NCBI GenBank assembly: GCA_905178155.1
Contig: CAJINV010000002.1
Coordinates: forward strand, 5,079,709-5,143,708
DNA: 64,000 nucleotides
Direction: 5' to 3'
Source of the DNA: Amoebophrya sp. A120
Lineage: Eukaryota; Protista; Dinoflagellata
Of the stretch, positions 1-13,391 are shown in pieces (position 1 is the stretch's first letter; each line of letters begins with the position of its first letter). A program made the translations under genes and the position numbers. Under the pieces are notes generated by a model that was given only the letters and a program-made list of their open reading frames with translations, was not told where the DNA came from and ran no database searches.

Positions 1-3000
1 CTTTATTGCACATAGAAAAACAAGAACAACGATAAGCACATCTTTCGTTGGCAGCAAGCAGCCCATGGAGTTGCAACCGGCTATAAGTGGTCTTTGTGCT
101 GGGTCGATGTTCTGTCTGCCTTTTTTGCAACACCACAAATTGAATTCTTGTCATTGCTGGCTACTATTTTCTATTTGATACGACGGTTCTGGACGGCATG
201 GATTTAAAAGATGGGGAGTTTATTGCGAACACGGTAGAAGCGGCTTTACTAGACGACGACGCGCAAACCTTCGTCGTCGAATTTGACAATCAAGTCATCG
301 GGTAAGTACAAGCGTAAATTTGTTTTTACTTGGTGTCGCAATTATAGGAGTTTGAAACAAGTTGTGCCGGCGGCAATAGAGGTCGCCGTCGGAAGAATCG
401 CTGTCCGTATGTGGAACAAGGGGCTGCTAAAACAAATTTTGTGTGAGGACAAATAGTGAAAAGTATTCATCAACATCAGGACGAAACAAAGAACACAGTG
501 ACTTGTTTTCATCTGAGGTGGAAATGCAAATGAATCACAGATGTTGAATTCAATTTATCCGTCTGCAACTACAGCGTCGTCGGGAGCTCCTTGGTGAAAG
601 ACGACTATTTAGAGACGCTCCGCTGCGTGTACCAAGTAGACCGGGCGGTCAATTCGCCAGAGTACAATTCCTTTGCGTTTGTGGACTTTTTCCTCGTGAA
701 CCCCATCTTTGACATTTTCCGACGGAAGATCCTCCACCTCTGCCAGCTGATCGCCGGCAACACGGTCTTTTTGTACGAGGCGCCTATCCAGTGCAAATAT
801 CTGTGTCTGGGTCTGGAAGAAGTGCAGAAGCAAGAGGACAAAGCTTGCTCTAGTTCATGCAACACGTAATTTTCATCGTGTCAACCACCCTGAGCATCAC
901 AAGTTGCACTGTTCCAGGCCCAGACATCACATTGGCAATGCATAGCGCAGCTCACCACGCAAATCACAGACGACCCGATCGAGGACCATGCGGGCTCCGT
1001 GCACTCCGGCAGCCCACTATGAAAGTGCACAGCGCGCTCTTTTTTCTCATTTGTCATGCAAAATGTCTAAACTTCGTCTTCGACTTCCCATCCGGGCCGT
1101 TTGGCCGTGTTTGCATGACAAGTTCATCTGGCAGCCCAAACTGGACTACAGTCCCGGCTTAGATTTGTCATGCATGAGCTGTTTTTTGGAGGTTGTTTGT
1201 CTTGCAGTTGCTAGACTGCACCGTTCGAAAAATGAGACTGGAGGGGGACTAGTTGTGCACGGTCATATTCCCACACCGAGGGCAAAGGCAGTCCCTTCGA
1301 GGAGGGATCTCTATCCCGGCAGATGTCCAGCGCGGCGCCCTTATGTCAGTGTACAACCACTCCCCGGAGGACTCCTCTCACTTGTATAAAGAACATTCGG
1401 GGAAAAAATAAATGCCGAGTCCAGTCTGAGGTCCAGATAAGTAGGTGGACGGGCTTGCATGTCATGCGGAAGCTGCAGTTTGTATGTCGATAGAAAAATT
1501 GTCCTTCGAACGAAAGGGATTTAGGGGGGATTGATTGTCCATTCTCATATCCCTTTGCCCCGGAGTTGCCGACCGGCATGTCAAAAAAGGAGTTGATTGC
1601 GTTGAAGAAAAAGCAGGAGGTATCCAGGAAAAAAACTGTGTAAGTGTAACTGTGTAGGAAAAGCAGCATCACAAATTACCTTTGCATTACAGGGAAAGTC
1701 TGTCATGCGCAGCTAGTACGTGGAAACACGTATGAAAGTAGCGTATGACGCAGATCCAGCATGACAAGTATAACAGTTTTGCACCTTCCGCATCACAGAT
1801 TTACACTCACATACTTTTTTTCTTGCATAGGAGGCGGAAGCGGCCGAGGCGGCAAAGGCCGCGAAGAAGGAACTGGATTCCCTGGAGCGAAAGGGCTACA
1901 AGCAACTGGTCGACAAAGACGGCAACCTGCTCCCGCTGTCAACCATAGTCAAGGAAATGACGCCCATTCCACCCAGAAATTCTCCCAGCCTAATGGTCAC
2001 GCACCACGGCGGCCAGTCGCCGAGCTCCCCTTCGGCAAAGGCAAAGGTATGACATTTGATTTTTTTCAAACTCTATAAGGGCTTGGGTTGATTTATTGTC
2101 GGTGTGTTTCACTACTGTATTTATCGAACGATCATTGTAGACCAGGACTCTGCTGCTTGTGTCTGTGGTGGTGGTGCTCTCTGTGCATATTGATGCTGCA
2201 GCGACTGTCATGTGGGAGTGGGCGCTGCACCAGCAGCGCGATGCAATCTAAGTTTAGAGATCATTTGTGTTCGTCAACAACGAGAAATTCAAGGGTTTTC
2301 TACTGCGATTAAGATTTCAGTACTGTAAAAATAAATTCAGCCACACTCCTTCGCTTCTCTGCCGGTGGAGCCACAGCAGCAGCAGGTAGACGCGGAGAAG
2401 CGGGAAAAAATGCGAAAACTGGCGGAGAAGAACGGGCTGTCATTATTGGCCAGGCCGCGACTGTCCGCACCGAAACGGGACGTGAACGCGCGAATAGTAG
2501 TGGTCGGCGCGAGCCACACGGGTCTCAGTTTTTTGTTGTCGCTGCTGCTGCCAAATTACCAGCACCTGCAGTTCAACAGTTTAACGCTCGTCGCGCCGGA
2601 ATTGAAGTAAGATTTTTGTTGATGTGGGAGTCAGTTTGATGTGGCATGATGGGTTCGCTAGTTTTGTTCTTTGTCGCCTGAACTGTGTTTGTCTTCTTTT
2701 CCCGTTCAGAGGGAGCTCTTCACCTTCGCAAGTGAGCAGTGGACATCTTCTTGAACGTAAAAAGAAAATTCCAAAAACACAGCCCAATATCGGGAGTGTC
2801 GTTGAGTCCGAGCTTGCGGCCGCTGATATCCCGCAGAAAAAAGCGAGCATGCCACATCGATAGCTGTAAGATGCAAGGAGAAACACATTTTACAAAAATA
2901 TTTCTTTATGGTTTGGCCCATAGCGGGGGCGTGTCGGTGATGTAAGACACATCGTTTTTTTTTTGCGTGTGTGCTGTTGCATTTTTTGCCTTTGCTACTG

Positions 3001-6000
3001 CTAGCTTTTTTCTGCGCCATAGCGGAACGAAATTGATCCGGTGCTGCTCCGTAGACTCAAAGCGGACGTTCGGGTATATCCAACAGAAAAGTTGTACCCG
3101 CTCCCGCACACGAGAAAAAATTGCCTTGCGGATTTTGGTTTTACAAAAAGGCTCTTTGACAGTTCTGCATGGGAATAAACGCATCACAAACTGTATTTCG
3201 CAGGGCAGCGCATCAAGAGAGATTGTCTCCCTTGTCGTGCTCGTCTCCGCATTACAGAGCTTTCAGTGACACGACCGTAAGTAGCAACGCAAGAAGTGTA
3301 TGTTCTTTTCTGTGTGATAGGGTAAAAGTTTTGCGAGACCGCGTGCGGTACCAAATGTAAAAATGTCTGGGTCTGGAAGAATGCGCGATTTCTCATGTAG
3401 CTTTTCCATGACCCATGAAGCCTGGAATGCAGGACCTAGCATGACAGATTCTGTGCGATCTCTCTCATGCCTATCCTGCGTGAGAAACTCCCTCCCGACT
3501 TGGTTAAAACTGGATGACTTTGGGTAATCATGCAACACAGATTTTTGCATGCTTCGGATTTAGCATGACAAGCTGCATTCTTCCAGACCCAGACATTTTT
3601 ACATTTGATATGAGGGAAATTGACCGGGCGCAGAGAGCGCTGGTGCTGGAGGGCGACAAGGCGAGTTTGCTGCCCTACGACTTCCTCGTGCTCACACCTG
3701 GTCTGCAGGTACTTCGGTTTTTCAGTATTTTGTCAACCACGACATTTTCAACAAGGCGTGGACCGTTTTGCCATGCGAAGCTCGGAAACAATCAAGAAAC
3801 ACACAAAATTTGATAAACCCCATCCTCCAGGACTGCACACTGTCCGCAGATCAGATCCAGCTCCGATCCTTATCCGGGGGAAATTTGATGCCAGTGTCTG
3901 AGTTGATAGAAGGGGAAAAAAAATTGAACACACACTCGCGGTCATGCACTTTTACCCGAAATGTCTAATATAAATGGCTGCATGCGGCGCATCGAATTTT
4001 TGTTTTTCTAACAGTAAAACGAGTGAGTCTCGGTGGCTAGGCAAAGTAGGCGTGCAGTCATTGGTCTTTTATGAGCACGTGGGTGGACGACCAGCACCTG
4101 CAAGCAGGGTAGGAAGCATGACAGGTTGATGTAGTTGACCGCATTTTTTATCATTTTTTTCCTTTTTCTATACCGTGTAGACCCTGGTGGCAGCACTATT
4201 TCCTTCCATAGTCCTACGGGTTCAATAAGTCTGCCGTTTGGCAAATCGAAACGGCGGACATCAAGGCCAAGGCGCTCCAGAGGAAAAAGGAGGAGGCGCA
4301 GAAGGAGAAGGAAGCGGAGGAGCAGGCCAAGCTGGCCGAAAATAAGAAGCCCCGATCCGCGGCGGCGAGGCGGTCGAGTAACCAGTCCCAGGCCGAGGAG
4401 ATGCAGCTTGCAAACCAAAAGGCCGCGGAGGAGAAGGCCCGAGAGGAAGAGGCCATGCTAGACTATGCATTGCAAATATCGTCTCTGCTGGGCTTGGAAG
4501 ATTTTTCAGAATGTAATATTCATTCATGTGTTGCTTCCTTTGCCTTTCTGTACGTCCACGTGCATTGAGCCGCAAAACAAGTGCCGCATGTTTTGCCAGT
4601 AACACAGGTTTTCTTGCAACTCCTTTGCATGCGAGTCTGTGATGCTGATAAGTACTAGGCCATGCATTTTTCTAGACTTTGCGGGGCAACATGCTAGACT
4701 GCCTGTATGAAGAGAAACAGACCCTCCAGGAGGCATGCTTGCTTGCAGTGGATACAGAAGCGACCCGACCGATCTTCGACCCGGAGACCGAACCGGCGAC
4801 GCTGAACGGCGTGCTGAGTGTGGGGGATCCACGCTTAGGCGACTTTTTCGCAGAATCCGGCACGTTTGTTATCAAAAGGAAAAATCCCCCCTCCCCATAT
4901 CAAAACGAAATCTCTGATGCTGGATTTGAGTACACAAATCAGCTTTGTTTTGCAGGAAAGCATTGCAGTCAGATCCCCAGGCTAGGTAGGGGCGTATGCG
5001 TCTAGTTGGTCAGCATGGCAAGCGGCTCCCCTTTAGGCCCAACAGCATGACAAAGCGCTTCCGTAATGGGGCGGAAGCTTCTGCCCTTGTTTTCTTATTC
5101 TTGCAAAACAAATGCGATTTGTGACCTCAAATCAGCAACGCAAATTTTCGGAAGCATGCCGTTTCAATATGGGGAGGGGCGATTTTTCCTCTCAATATTT
5201 GTGAAAGCGCTGATCTGGAACCCGCTCACGCAGATTTGCGTGTACGGCAATTCTATCAACTGCAAAAATGTCTGGGTCTGGAAGATTAGAACTTGTCATG
5301 CTAAATCTAAATGATGCAAAAATCTGTGTTGCGTGAGTGCCAAAAGCTGTCCGCTTTTGACCAAGTTGAGAGGGAGTTTCTCATGCAGGAAAGGCATGAT
5401 AGAGACCTCAAAGAATCTGTCATGCTGGGTCTCGCATTCTAGACCTCGTGGGTCACGGAAAACCTGCATCACAAATCTGTTATGACAGACCTCGTGGGTC
5501 ACAAATTCTAGACCTCGTGGGTCACGGAAAACCTGTTATGACAAGTCGGATTTAACCTTTCTCAGGTTAAATCCGCATTACAAATTAAGCACTTAAGGCA
5601 AATAAGCACTTCGTAAGAAAAAAGCACCTCGTTTGTGTAACAGATTTCCCTTCGTAAGACATAAGCACTTCGTAAAACGTATCGCAATTGCCCTCGTAGA
5701 AATACCAAGCAGATACTACAACAGACTAGCAGCGTGCGGGGGGAGACCAATGTGGTCTCCCCCCACCCGCTGTGACTCTTAAAAAACACACCAGGGAACT
5801 TCTTTTTTTCCAGCAGAGGCTGGTCGTGGGTTGTGGGGATGAGAAATAGAAGCAATATGCTAGCACGATTTGAAGTCAGACGTAAGCTCTTTAAGATTTC
5901 CGCTTCGCTTTATTTCAGTTTTACAGCACAGACTAGCAACTAGATACAGACTAACAGGCACTAAGTTCAGAAGAAAACACTACGAAGAGCGAAGATCTGC

Positions 6001-8579
6001 CTGCTAGCGCGGACATACGACACGCACGCGGGGGAGGAGGGGGAAAACGCAAGCGAAGCGAGAACAAGACGCGCAGCACAATGTGCTGGAGCAGAGGACG
6101 AGAGCAGATAGTAAGAATATCAAAACAAGATGAAAAGCGCACGCATACACGCGCACTGCTTAACTGTGTGAAAGGTGTCGGCCCTGTTTGACCTGCTGCG
6201 GCAGGCAGGTGAATTCGTAGAACTGCTTCACATGTTAAGTAACGCACACCGGCCTCCTAGTTTTAGTGATGAGTTTATATGCGTCAACAGAGCGGGGCCC
6301 AATCAAAAAAAAAAAAAAAAAACCTGCATCACAAATCTTGCATTCTTCCAGACCCAGACATTTTTACTTTCGATAAATTCGCTGGAGGTGTACACGGTCA
6401 TCCAAGGCTTGCTGGTCAGAAAAGTTCCGGCTTCCAAAATACTACTGGTGCAACCGACACAGACGGAAGCCAGCTCTAGCAGCTCGTCGAGCAGTTCCTC
6501 CTCTCAACAGCAGCTCCCGCCACCGGAAATTCTCGAGAAAATTGAGCAACAGCTTGAGAAGAAAAAGATCCGGATTTGTAATATCCAGTGTAAATAAATT
6601 AACGTAAGTACCCACAGCCCCATAGTCACGATCTGCAAGACAAATCTGCAATCTGTAGGAGCTGCGGGTGGTAACGGGGCCCCCGCAGGATAGTCGTATG
6701 TAAAGAGCTTGGCCGCATCGGTAAGCCACTTGCAGCTTGTAGTCTTGCATAGAATTATTGTCGTGAGGCAAAGTGACGAAAGGCCAGGAGAGAATGTGTC
6801 TCATGTAACAAGTTGCTGCGCATAAGTTCCTTGGGGTCGTTGTGGACACTACGGTTTTTTAGCACGTGATATGAAAGAATCACACGCTCAAGCGACTAGA
6901 AAAGGACGGACGGGACCGATTGAGTTCGATCGTGTTCATATGCAAAGGAAAAAGTTTACAAGTAGAGTTGCGCACTGTAGAAGACAAACAAGAAGAAGTG
7001 TTGCAGGACAAACAAGACAGACAACCTCTACCATGCCCGGAGTGCTTGCGAGTCTCGTTGCATGCGTGCATTTCATTTTTACGGGCTTCGCATGGCAAAC
7101 GTTCTTTGTCGTGCAGAGCTGCAAGAAGTTTGTGTTGCTAAATTTGCATACAAGTGTGCAACTGTAAATACGCTTTTTGTCTAGGATAGGTCACCAACGA
7201 GGCGAACCACGAGGAGGTCGCGTTTAGTTGCCGAATACTGCTCACCGCGGACAAACTGGACGTGGATCCCGACATTTTCCATGCGCTACACAGCAACGGC
7301 TTGGTGTTTGACGGGGCACTGATAGTAGACCACGCTTTCCAGACCACCGATAGCAGGATATTCGCGGCAGGGCCACTGGCGGAGTTCTCCAGAAGTGCAC
7401 AGAGCAGTTACGTGCACGACCGCCAGCTACTAAGACACGATGGGTACTATCGTCATTTTTAATGAATTTTGTATAATGTGCTTCTTTCGTAAAACAAAGC
7501 GGTTTGAGATCCGATCTATTCACTGGACCCGATTTCGTCTTTATGAAACCGCCCCTCACGCTGACCGTTCCCATGCAACGTGCGCTGTATTTTTTTTTCA
7601 TTTTTGCGGCCTTTTTCGCTTTGAGTTTGAGCAGGCAACGATCATTTGCCAAGCTGCTGGCGTAGCTATTCCACACGTGAAAATAAGAAAACAAAGAACT
7701 ACGCAACAAATCGTATGAAAAATCCTCTGCAGCTACAACGGTATGGAGCTTGGGCAGCACTTGGCTGAGGCCATTTTGAGTAAAGCAGAGATTTACGACG
7801 CGGAGGAGGAAGCGGCAGCGGCCAGCAAGGACTTTACCTACCAAACGCTGCAGATGCCAATATACCGGGCGGGGCTGTTGCCGGGGAATCTGCGCTACTA
7901 CTGCGTCAGGTGTCCGAAGAACGTACTGCAGGCGAGGAAGGAGAAGCAAGTAAAGCACATGCTGACCGACACGTTGTCTCTGGACAGCGAAAGCGGGCAC
8001 TTCTGCAAGATCACGTACTGTCAATTATGAGACGATTAAAAAGCTGTTTCTGCTTCTGGATTCTTGCAGCGTTCCGTTCATAGTAGAAAGACTTTTTGGG
8101 ATTTCTGTTTTTACCTCAATTCTTGTCATACATGTGCCATTCATTCTGGAGGTGGACTGACATAAAAACAAATTATTTCTCTGAATAAAACTCCAAGGTG
8201 CACGGGCAGCACCGTGACGGAATTTCTCTACCTGGGGTACCAGGAGCTCCATCGCCACGCACTGTTCCACCTGGTGGGGCGAAATATTTCCTTTTTGAAC
8301 GGCCTGGAGCAAAGATACGCGAGCGCTGATGGGGCAAACAGTTTCGACCTCGTGGAGTTTCTCACCGACTCATGGACGCACGCGTTTTACCATGACGACT
8401 TCTACGAGGTTTTTGTCACGCAGGCAAAGAAGGAAAATTGGGACGAGAAAAAAATGAAGGACAAGCTGCTCGACTACCTTACCAAGTGCGCGGACTTGCA
8501 GAAGATTTCCTCCTACTACATACCCGGGAAAACGGACGTCGGCATGAGCCTCGGCACCGTCGGGACGCTTGATAACTGA
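1..8579 (+). CDS. CFAP61: Cilia- and flagella-associated protein 61, multi-exon, 5' end lies before the window
   Basis: Exon peptides RIVVVGASHTGLSFL...FNSLTLVAP, EIDRAQRALVL...LPYDFLVLTPGLQ, ICVYGNSLEVYTVIQGLL...KILLVQP, VDPDIFHALHSNGLVFDGALIVDHAFQTTDSRIFAAGPLAEFSR, DLVEFLTDSWTHAFYHDDF match the degenerate FAD/NAD-binding C-terminal half of CFAP61 as I recall it; stop at 8577-8579. Not all exon borders resolved. Confidence 0.85.
785..944. mobile_element. Introner, short family-A-like
   Basis: tatcc...gtctgggtctggaa / ttccaggcccagac...gcata; DR gcgcc/gcgca; removal gives LYEAQLTTQITDD. Confidence 0.8.
1018..1267. mobile_element. Introner, family E (tat..agtgcaca / tgtgcac..cata)
   Basis: TIR tatgaaagtgcaca / tgtgcacggtcata; decayed DR cccac/ttccc; removal of element +5 nt gives GSPHTEGKGSPFEEGSLSRQM. 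Confidence 0.7.
1621..1829. mobile_element. Introner, family D; also readable as GT-AG intron 1620-1833
   Basis: TIR tatccaggaaaaaaa / tttttttcttgcata; perfect DR ggagg; splice gives KKKQEEAEAAEAAK-like acidic/Ala-rich frame. Confidence 0.85.
3349..3610. mobile_element. Introner, family A (262 bp), reverse orientation relative to 52418-52679
   Basis: TIR taccaaatgtaaaaatgtctgggtctggaagaa / ttcttccagacccagacatttttacatttgata; DR tgcgg/tgagg; splice gives RDRVR-EIDRAQ. Confidence 0.92.
4870..5197. mobile_element. Introner, family B (328 bp)
   Basis: TIR tatcaaaaggaaaaatcccccctccccatat / atatggggaggggcgatttttcctctcaata; perfect DR tttgt; splice gives ESGTFVKALIWNP. Confidence 0.92.
5254..6375. 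mobile_element. Introner, family A, enlarged by a nested retroposon
   Basis: Family A TIRs, perfect DR aattc; splice gives VYGNSLEVYT; 1122 bp minus the 860-bp insert = 262 bp, the family A length. Confidence 0.92.
5479..6338 (+). mobile_element. Poly(A)-tailed non-autonomous retroposon, copy 1
   Basis: 20-bp TSD aaaacctgcatcacaaatct (5459-5478, 6319-6338), A18 run at 6305-6322, 3' ~160 nt shared with 42829-42991. Confidence 0.85.
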
Positions 8580-10665
8580 ACCAGCTCTGGCGTAGGTTCA
8601 GGAAGGAATTTTACATCTAACGAATGATAAAGAAATAGCTCCAGTTTGTTTGCAGAGTTTGAACAGAACATATAGCAGAGAATCAATAAGAAGAAGTGTC
8701 ATATTAATGACTCTTCTTCTTGCATTCTGTAGTGATCAACACTGCCACAACGTCGTTGTGGCGCACTCTCTTCTGCGTTTGTGGCAGGGAAGAAACCACG
8801 CTCGCAAACGTTATGTTGGTGGAGACGAAATTACGAGCAGTTTCCTTCTTTTGATCCAGCACAGGGCGCAACAGTGTGCTGCGCAGAGCGAGACAGTAGC
8901 AGAGAAAATTATTTATTTTGACAGCAACAGAAACAATAGCAGAAAAGACAAAGAGAACCTTTTTGAGTATACTTATTTTTCACAGCAGAGTCGTCCGCTC
9001 AACACCCTTTGCGGCATTACCGCGAAGGAGAGGTTGAGAGTCGAAGCTTTTACGATAGATATGATCAGACCACAGGCAAGTCTCATTCTTCTAGCTTTGA
9101 AGAATGCATCTTAAGTTATGCGTTGCAGACTTGTAGATCGCAAAGGTAAAAAATCTGTGGCATTTTGCACTTGCTGCATTGCTCTTGCAGCAGGGTCTCA
9201 ATATGATGCCGGCAAGCAGACTTATTTACGCTACAGTGAATCTTCACGCTTATCTTTTTATCCTATGAGCCTAGAAAATTGCCAATTGAGTACAGTTCTT
9301 CGCGCTCCTTGCAGCCAGAGGTTATTTGTTAATGTTTTATCAGGTGTGCCGAAAATGAGGTATCGATATCGTAGATGACTTAGTAGAAGCAAGCCTCGCC
9401 GGGTAGGATGGTGAGCAGCACGGCTGCTACCGGCTCATCCTACCCCAATCACAAATGCAAATGTAAATTTTGTTTGACATGTAAATATTGTGGTATTGTT
9501 ATATGAATGTGCGTGCACCAAAAGCAAATCCAAAAATGCGTTGTACCATAGTTGCTAGGACTATTTGCACTGGCTGTCGCTGTAGCACCCGGAAGTCGTG
9601 GCTGTACCCAAATCCAAGCGTCAATGAAGCCAACATCTCGCAAGAAGTAGAAGAGCGAGCGATGCTGCAGCAGGACGTGCTAAAAAAAAGGACGAAAGAG
9701 TGCAATAGAACCAGTCGCGTTCGACACCACGACGAGTTTCATGTGTGTTCGAATTCGTTCGCTTTTGTAGCAAGGGTATACAGGACATCAGTTGCAGTTC
9801 GTTCCTAATAAAATGGCGGAGACCTGTTCCCCCCTCGTAAGTATCGCTGAAACGCAAAAGTATAGTTCGAAACACTGCACCGGCATTCAGCAGTCGCACA
9901 AGACTTCTGACCTGTCCAAACGGAAGGCAAATCGTAACAAGTAAGTTGGACCAGGTTCAAAATCAGATTGTTTGTAAACTGGAATTCGTTCATCTTCGTC
10001 TCATCTGCCGGATTCTAAATGCTCACTTCGTGTAGGAGTCGTGCGGGATAAGTTAAGTACCTACTTACTGGATTGCGCAAGCACGACTCTGACGCCGGCA
10101 CTCGTGATGGGACGCAAGGGCCCTCGTTTGGTGAAAGTATAATCTCTCACGTGCGCTTTCCCATCTTCGTAATCGCAACCGTAAAAGTCTCCAGATGTTG
10201 AAGATCTCCGCGCGCGTAGACGTCCAGCGCAATTCGTAATCGTCAATGTGTAATGGATAAGTCACAGGTGACGACTTGGGCTGTAGTTGAAAAGCGTAGG
10301 GATACTCGTGCAATTTCGTTCAGCCTCAAAAATATGCCATTTCGTCGAACGACGTTGAATCAGCGGATTATGGTGAAGTAGGAGGAGGCAATTCCAGAAT
10401 TAAAGTTTGCTGGTTCATCTTTGGACTGAACGATAATTTCTAGACCCGCGTACTACACTCCACTAATTTGAAGTAAAACAGTTCCTCCTCGTTTTTTCGT
10501 GCTGTCTACTCGTATTTTAACAACGAGGTTTGGCTCCACTGATACGGTCAGCTACAGTTTCTCAGCTACAGTTTCTTGTTTGTTTCTCGTGAGTGTGAAG
10601 CAAGAACGTACAAAAAGTGTCGCTCGCTAGACGATTTGTAAAATTGTCGATCAAGTACGCAAAAC

Positions 10666-11101
10666 ATGCCGAAGAAGCTGCCAGCCATCGCCGCCGCGAC
10701 CTGCCTCCTCGGGGGGGGGGGGGCGTGTTGCGGCGCTGCAGAAGACGGCCACGAACACCCGTGTCTGGGAAGGGAATGAACAGCACGGGCAGGTGCGCCG
10801 CGCTCGTGCGCAGAAGGGGAAAGCGGTAGCAGCGCACCAGACCAAAAAGGAAAAAGCTCGCGCGGAGAAGGCGGAAGAAAGCCACCAGTCCAAGAAGAAG
10901 AAGCAACAGTGGGCTGATTCGATCCCCGGGGAGGCGGAGTTCGACCATGCGGTCGATCCGATTTTCGGTTGGCTTCATGTGAACATCATTAGGCCGATGC
11001 GGCAATTTTTGGAACAACATTCACGGGGAACATCGGAACCAACGTCAACGGGAAACGCCCCGAAAATCGAAAAAGAAGTCGTCGAACCATCGTCGAAGTA
11101 G
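10666..11101 (+). CDS. Small hypothetical protein, possibly secreted, frameshifted at a G13 run
   Basis: ATG 10666 MPKKLPAIAAATCLLGGG joins ORF 10793-11101 if the G13 run at 10711-10723 is read as G12. Confidence 0.5.
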
Positions 11102-13391
11102 AAGTCATGAATCAATGGAGAAGATAGCTTTACACCGAACCTGAGAAGTATGTTTGTACCCACCGCACGCCACAATTTAAAATCTTGAGCTCGACCTGCA
11201 ACATGTCTGACTCTTGTTACAACGCACAACTTCTTTTTCTTTTCCTTCATCAAAAATCACAAAATGTTCTACACTTTTTTCGCTGTCCACATTTCATCTT
11301 TCAAAGTTTCGCGTTTCGTTCTACCAACATGATTGCAAAAACAAACTTGTATCCAGGCACTAATAACTATAGCACCTGTTTTATATGCCTCGTTCCAATT
11401 CCAAATTCCATGCTAAAATCACATTTCGTTCTTGGCCGTGCTGATAAGGATAACTGCCGCGGTAGATGAGGTGATGTTTGTCTAGCTCTTCTTCTTCATT
11501 GAAAAGCTGTGTCACATTCACGTCTCGGCTTTTTGATGTTCTCCTACGTGCTTTCATCGCTCACTGCAAGTTTAAGGGGAAAAACTTACAGCTAGCGGTT
11601 CTAATTAGAAAAAGGCTGAGAAGGCTATGCATGGACGATAGTTCGTAGTAGTGGTGGCCAGAGAATGCCATTTGATACACGAGTAACAAGTGCAAGAGTT
11701 TTCTTTTTCAGTTAAACATACGTTTCATTTTATTTATCATGATCATTTTTTTTTACACCTTAAACTTCTGATTTTACGTACCCTGACCTTGAACCACGTC
11801 CCAACTCACCTGTTTTCAACTGTCCTCAATTCATGCTGCGACCATTCTACCGAGAGTCATGTACATCTTCTACCCAAATCGAATATAGAATGATGTATGT
11901 GCCTCGCTGGAGGATTGTGCGCAGTTCTGAAGAGACTACCCGAGATGATCATGCCTGCGAACCCCATCCGTAACCCGGGCGACTCTTTTGATCCGACGTA
12001 GATGTTTTTCTAGAACCAAAGAGCACCATTAAGAGTTGGAACAGCCTCGCACTCTCAATTCGAAAGTTTTAAGTTTCTTGTATCCCATGATTGTAGAAGT
12101 CCTATAATTCCTAGTGCTACTACCTCGGACGCGCTCTTGCACCACCTAAACACTTTGCCAGTCGGTAGGCGTAGAAACTAACAGTGCCTATACGAGGACA
12201 CGAAGCTTGTCTCGCAGGAAAGGCGCGAATATATTTACTTCTTCCTTTTTTCTGTAGTGCGTTACTGCTAAGTAGGCGTTTCTTTCGTGGGATTTTGATG
12301 AGTCTACGAGATACCAATAAGCTTTTTCTTCTTTCGAGAAGCGGAAACTATCTGGAAAGTTTGCTGGTTATTACATAAAGCAATTTCACTACCACTGCAA
12401 GCCGCGGACCGTAGCAGAAAAGGAACTGCTGACAACACCACATCCTGACCAGGAGTCCTCAATCCACAACGACAAATGTGCCACGAAGGATTTCTCGTTT
12501 AGCAGTTCATAGCTTGTTCATCTAAAAGCCGACTAGGCAACAGCATGGGAATCAAAATACTTAAATCTTCATCAAACAAGCTACCCCAACAAGAACTTCA
12601 CATGGAAAAAAAGTATAGCCTACATCTCCTCAACCACCCGGAACAACTCCCGAGTAGATCACTGGCCGGGCAGGCGCCGAAGCAAGGGCGTGCTGTGTTT
12701 TTCTATTTCCGTATGTGAATCAAAAAGCGTGTTCAGGTATGGCTTTCGAGTCGGAGAAGGTTTTAGGCCGGTCTGTCGTTTGAGGTAATCCACCACTGTG
12801 ATTGTAGTTTTCATTCAGCAGTGCCGATAAGCACCATAAAAGTTAGTTAGTTGGTTCTTGTCCTGTTCGTGACAAACGACGAGAGAAGGCGCTTGTGATA
12901 ATGAAATATAGAGTTATTTATTTCTTCTCGACGTCGAGAGAGTTGGCGAGGAAAACGAAAGCTACTTTCTTTAGAAGTCTACCGGTATTTCTATTTACGA
13001 CCCGTGACGCGCGAATTGTGAGCAGTCTTTTCAAAAGAAGCTGCTTCATCATGCCCTAGTACCTTTCCGCAGGAACACCCGGCATCAACAGGAAGTTGGT
13101 TTTACCCCAGAATATTAAAACCCCAATCCTCGTCTTTAACGTTGAGCATAGGAAGATTCATTTAACACAACAGCATCAAGCGGCTTTTCTACACCACTGG
13201 TCCCTCGTTCATCGGTATTTTCTTCCGCGGGCGAGAAGAAGTGCAAACGGAAATGGAGATACAGCTCGCGCTGATTTGAAATTCCCACCAATTTGACACT
13301 TTCTTTCTCGAGTAGCTTTTTTAGGCTATATATAAATATCGAGATTTATTTTCCAAGCTTATTGTCGGACTCCAGAGTACTTAAAGCGAAA

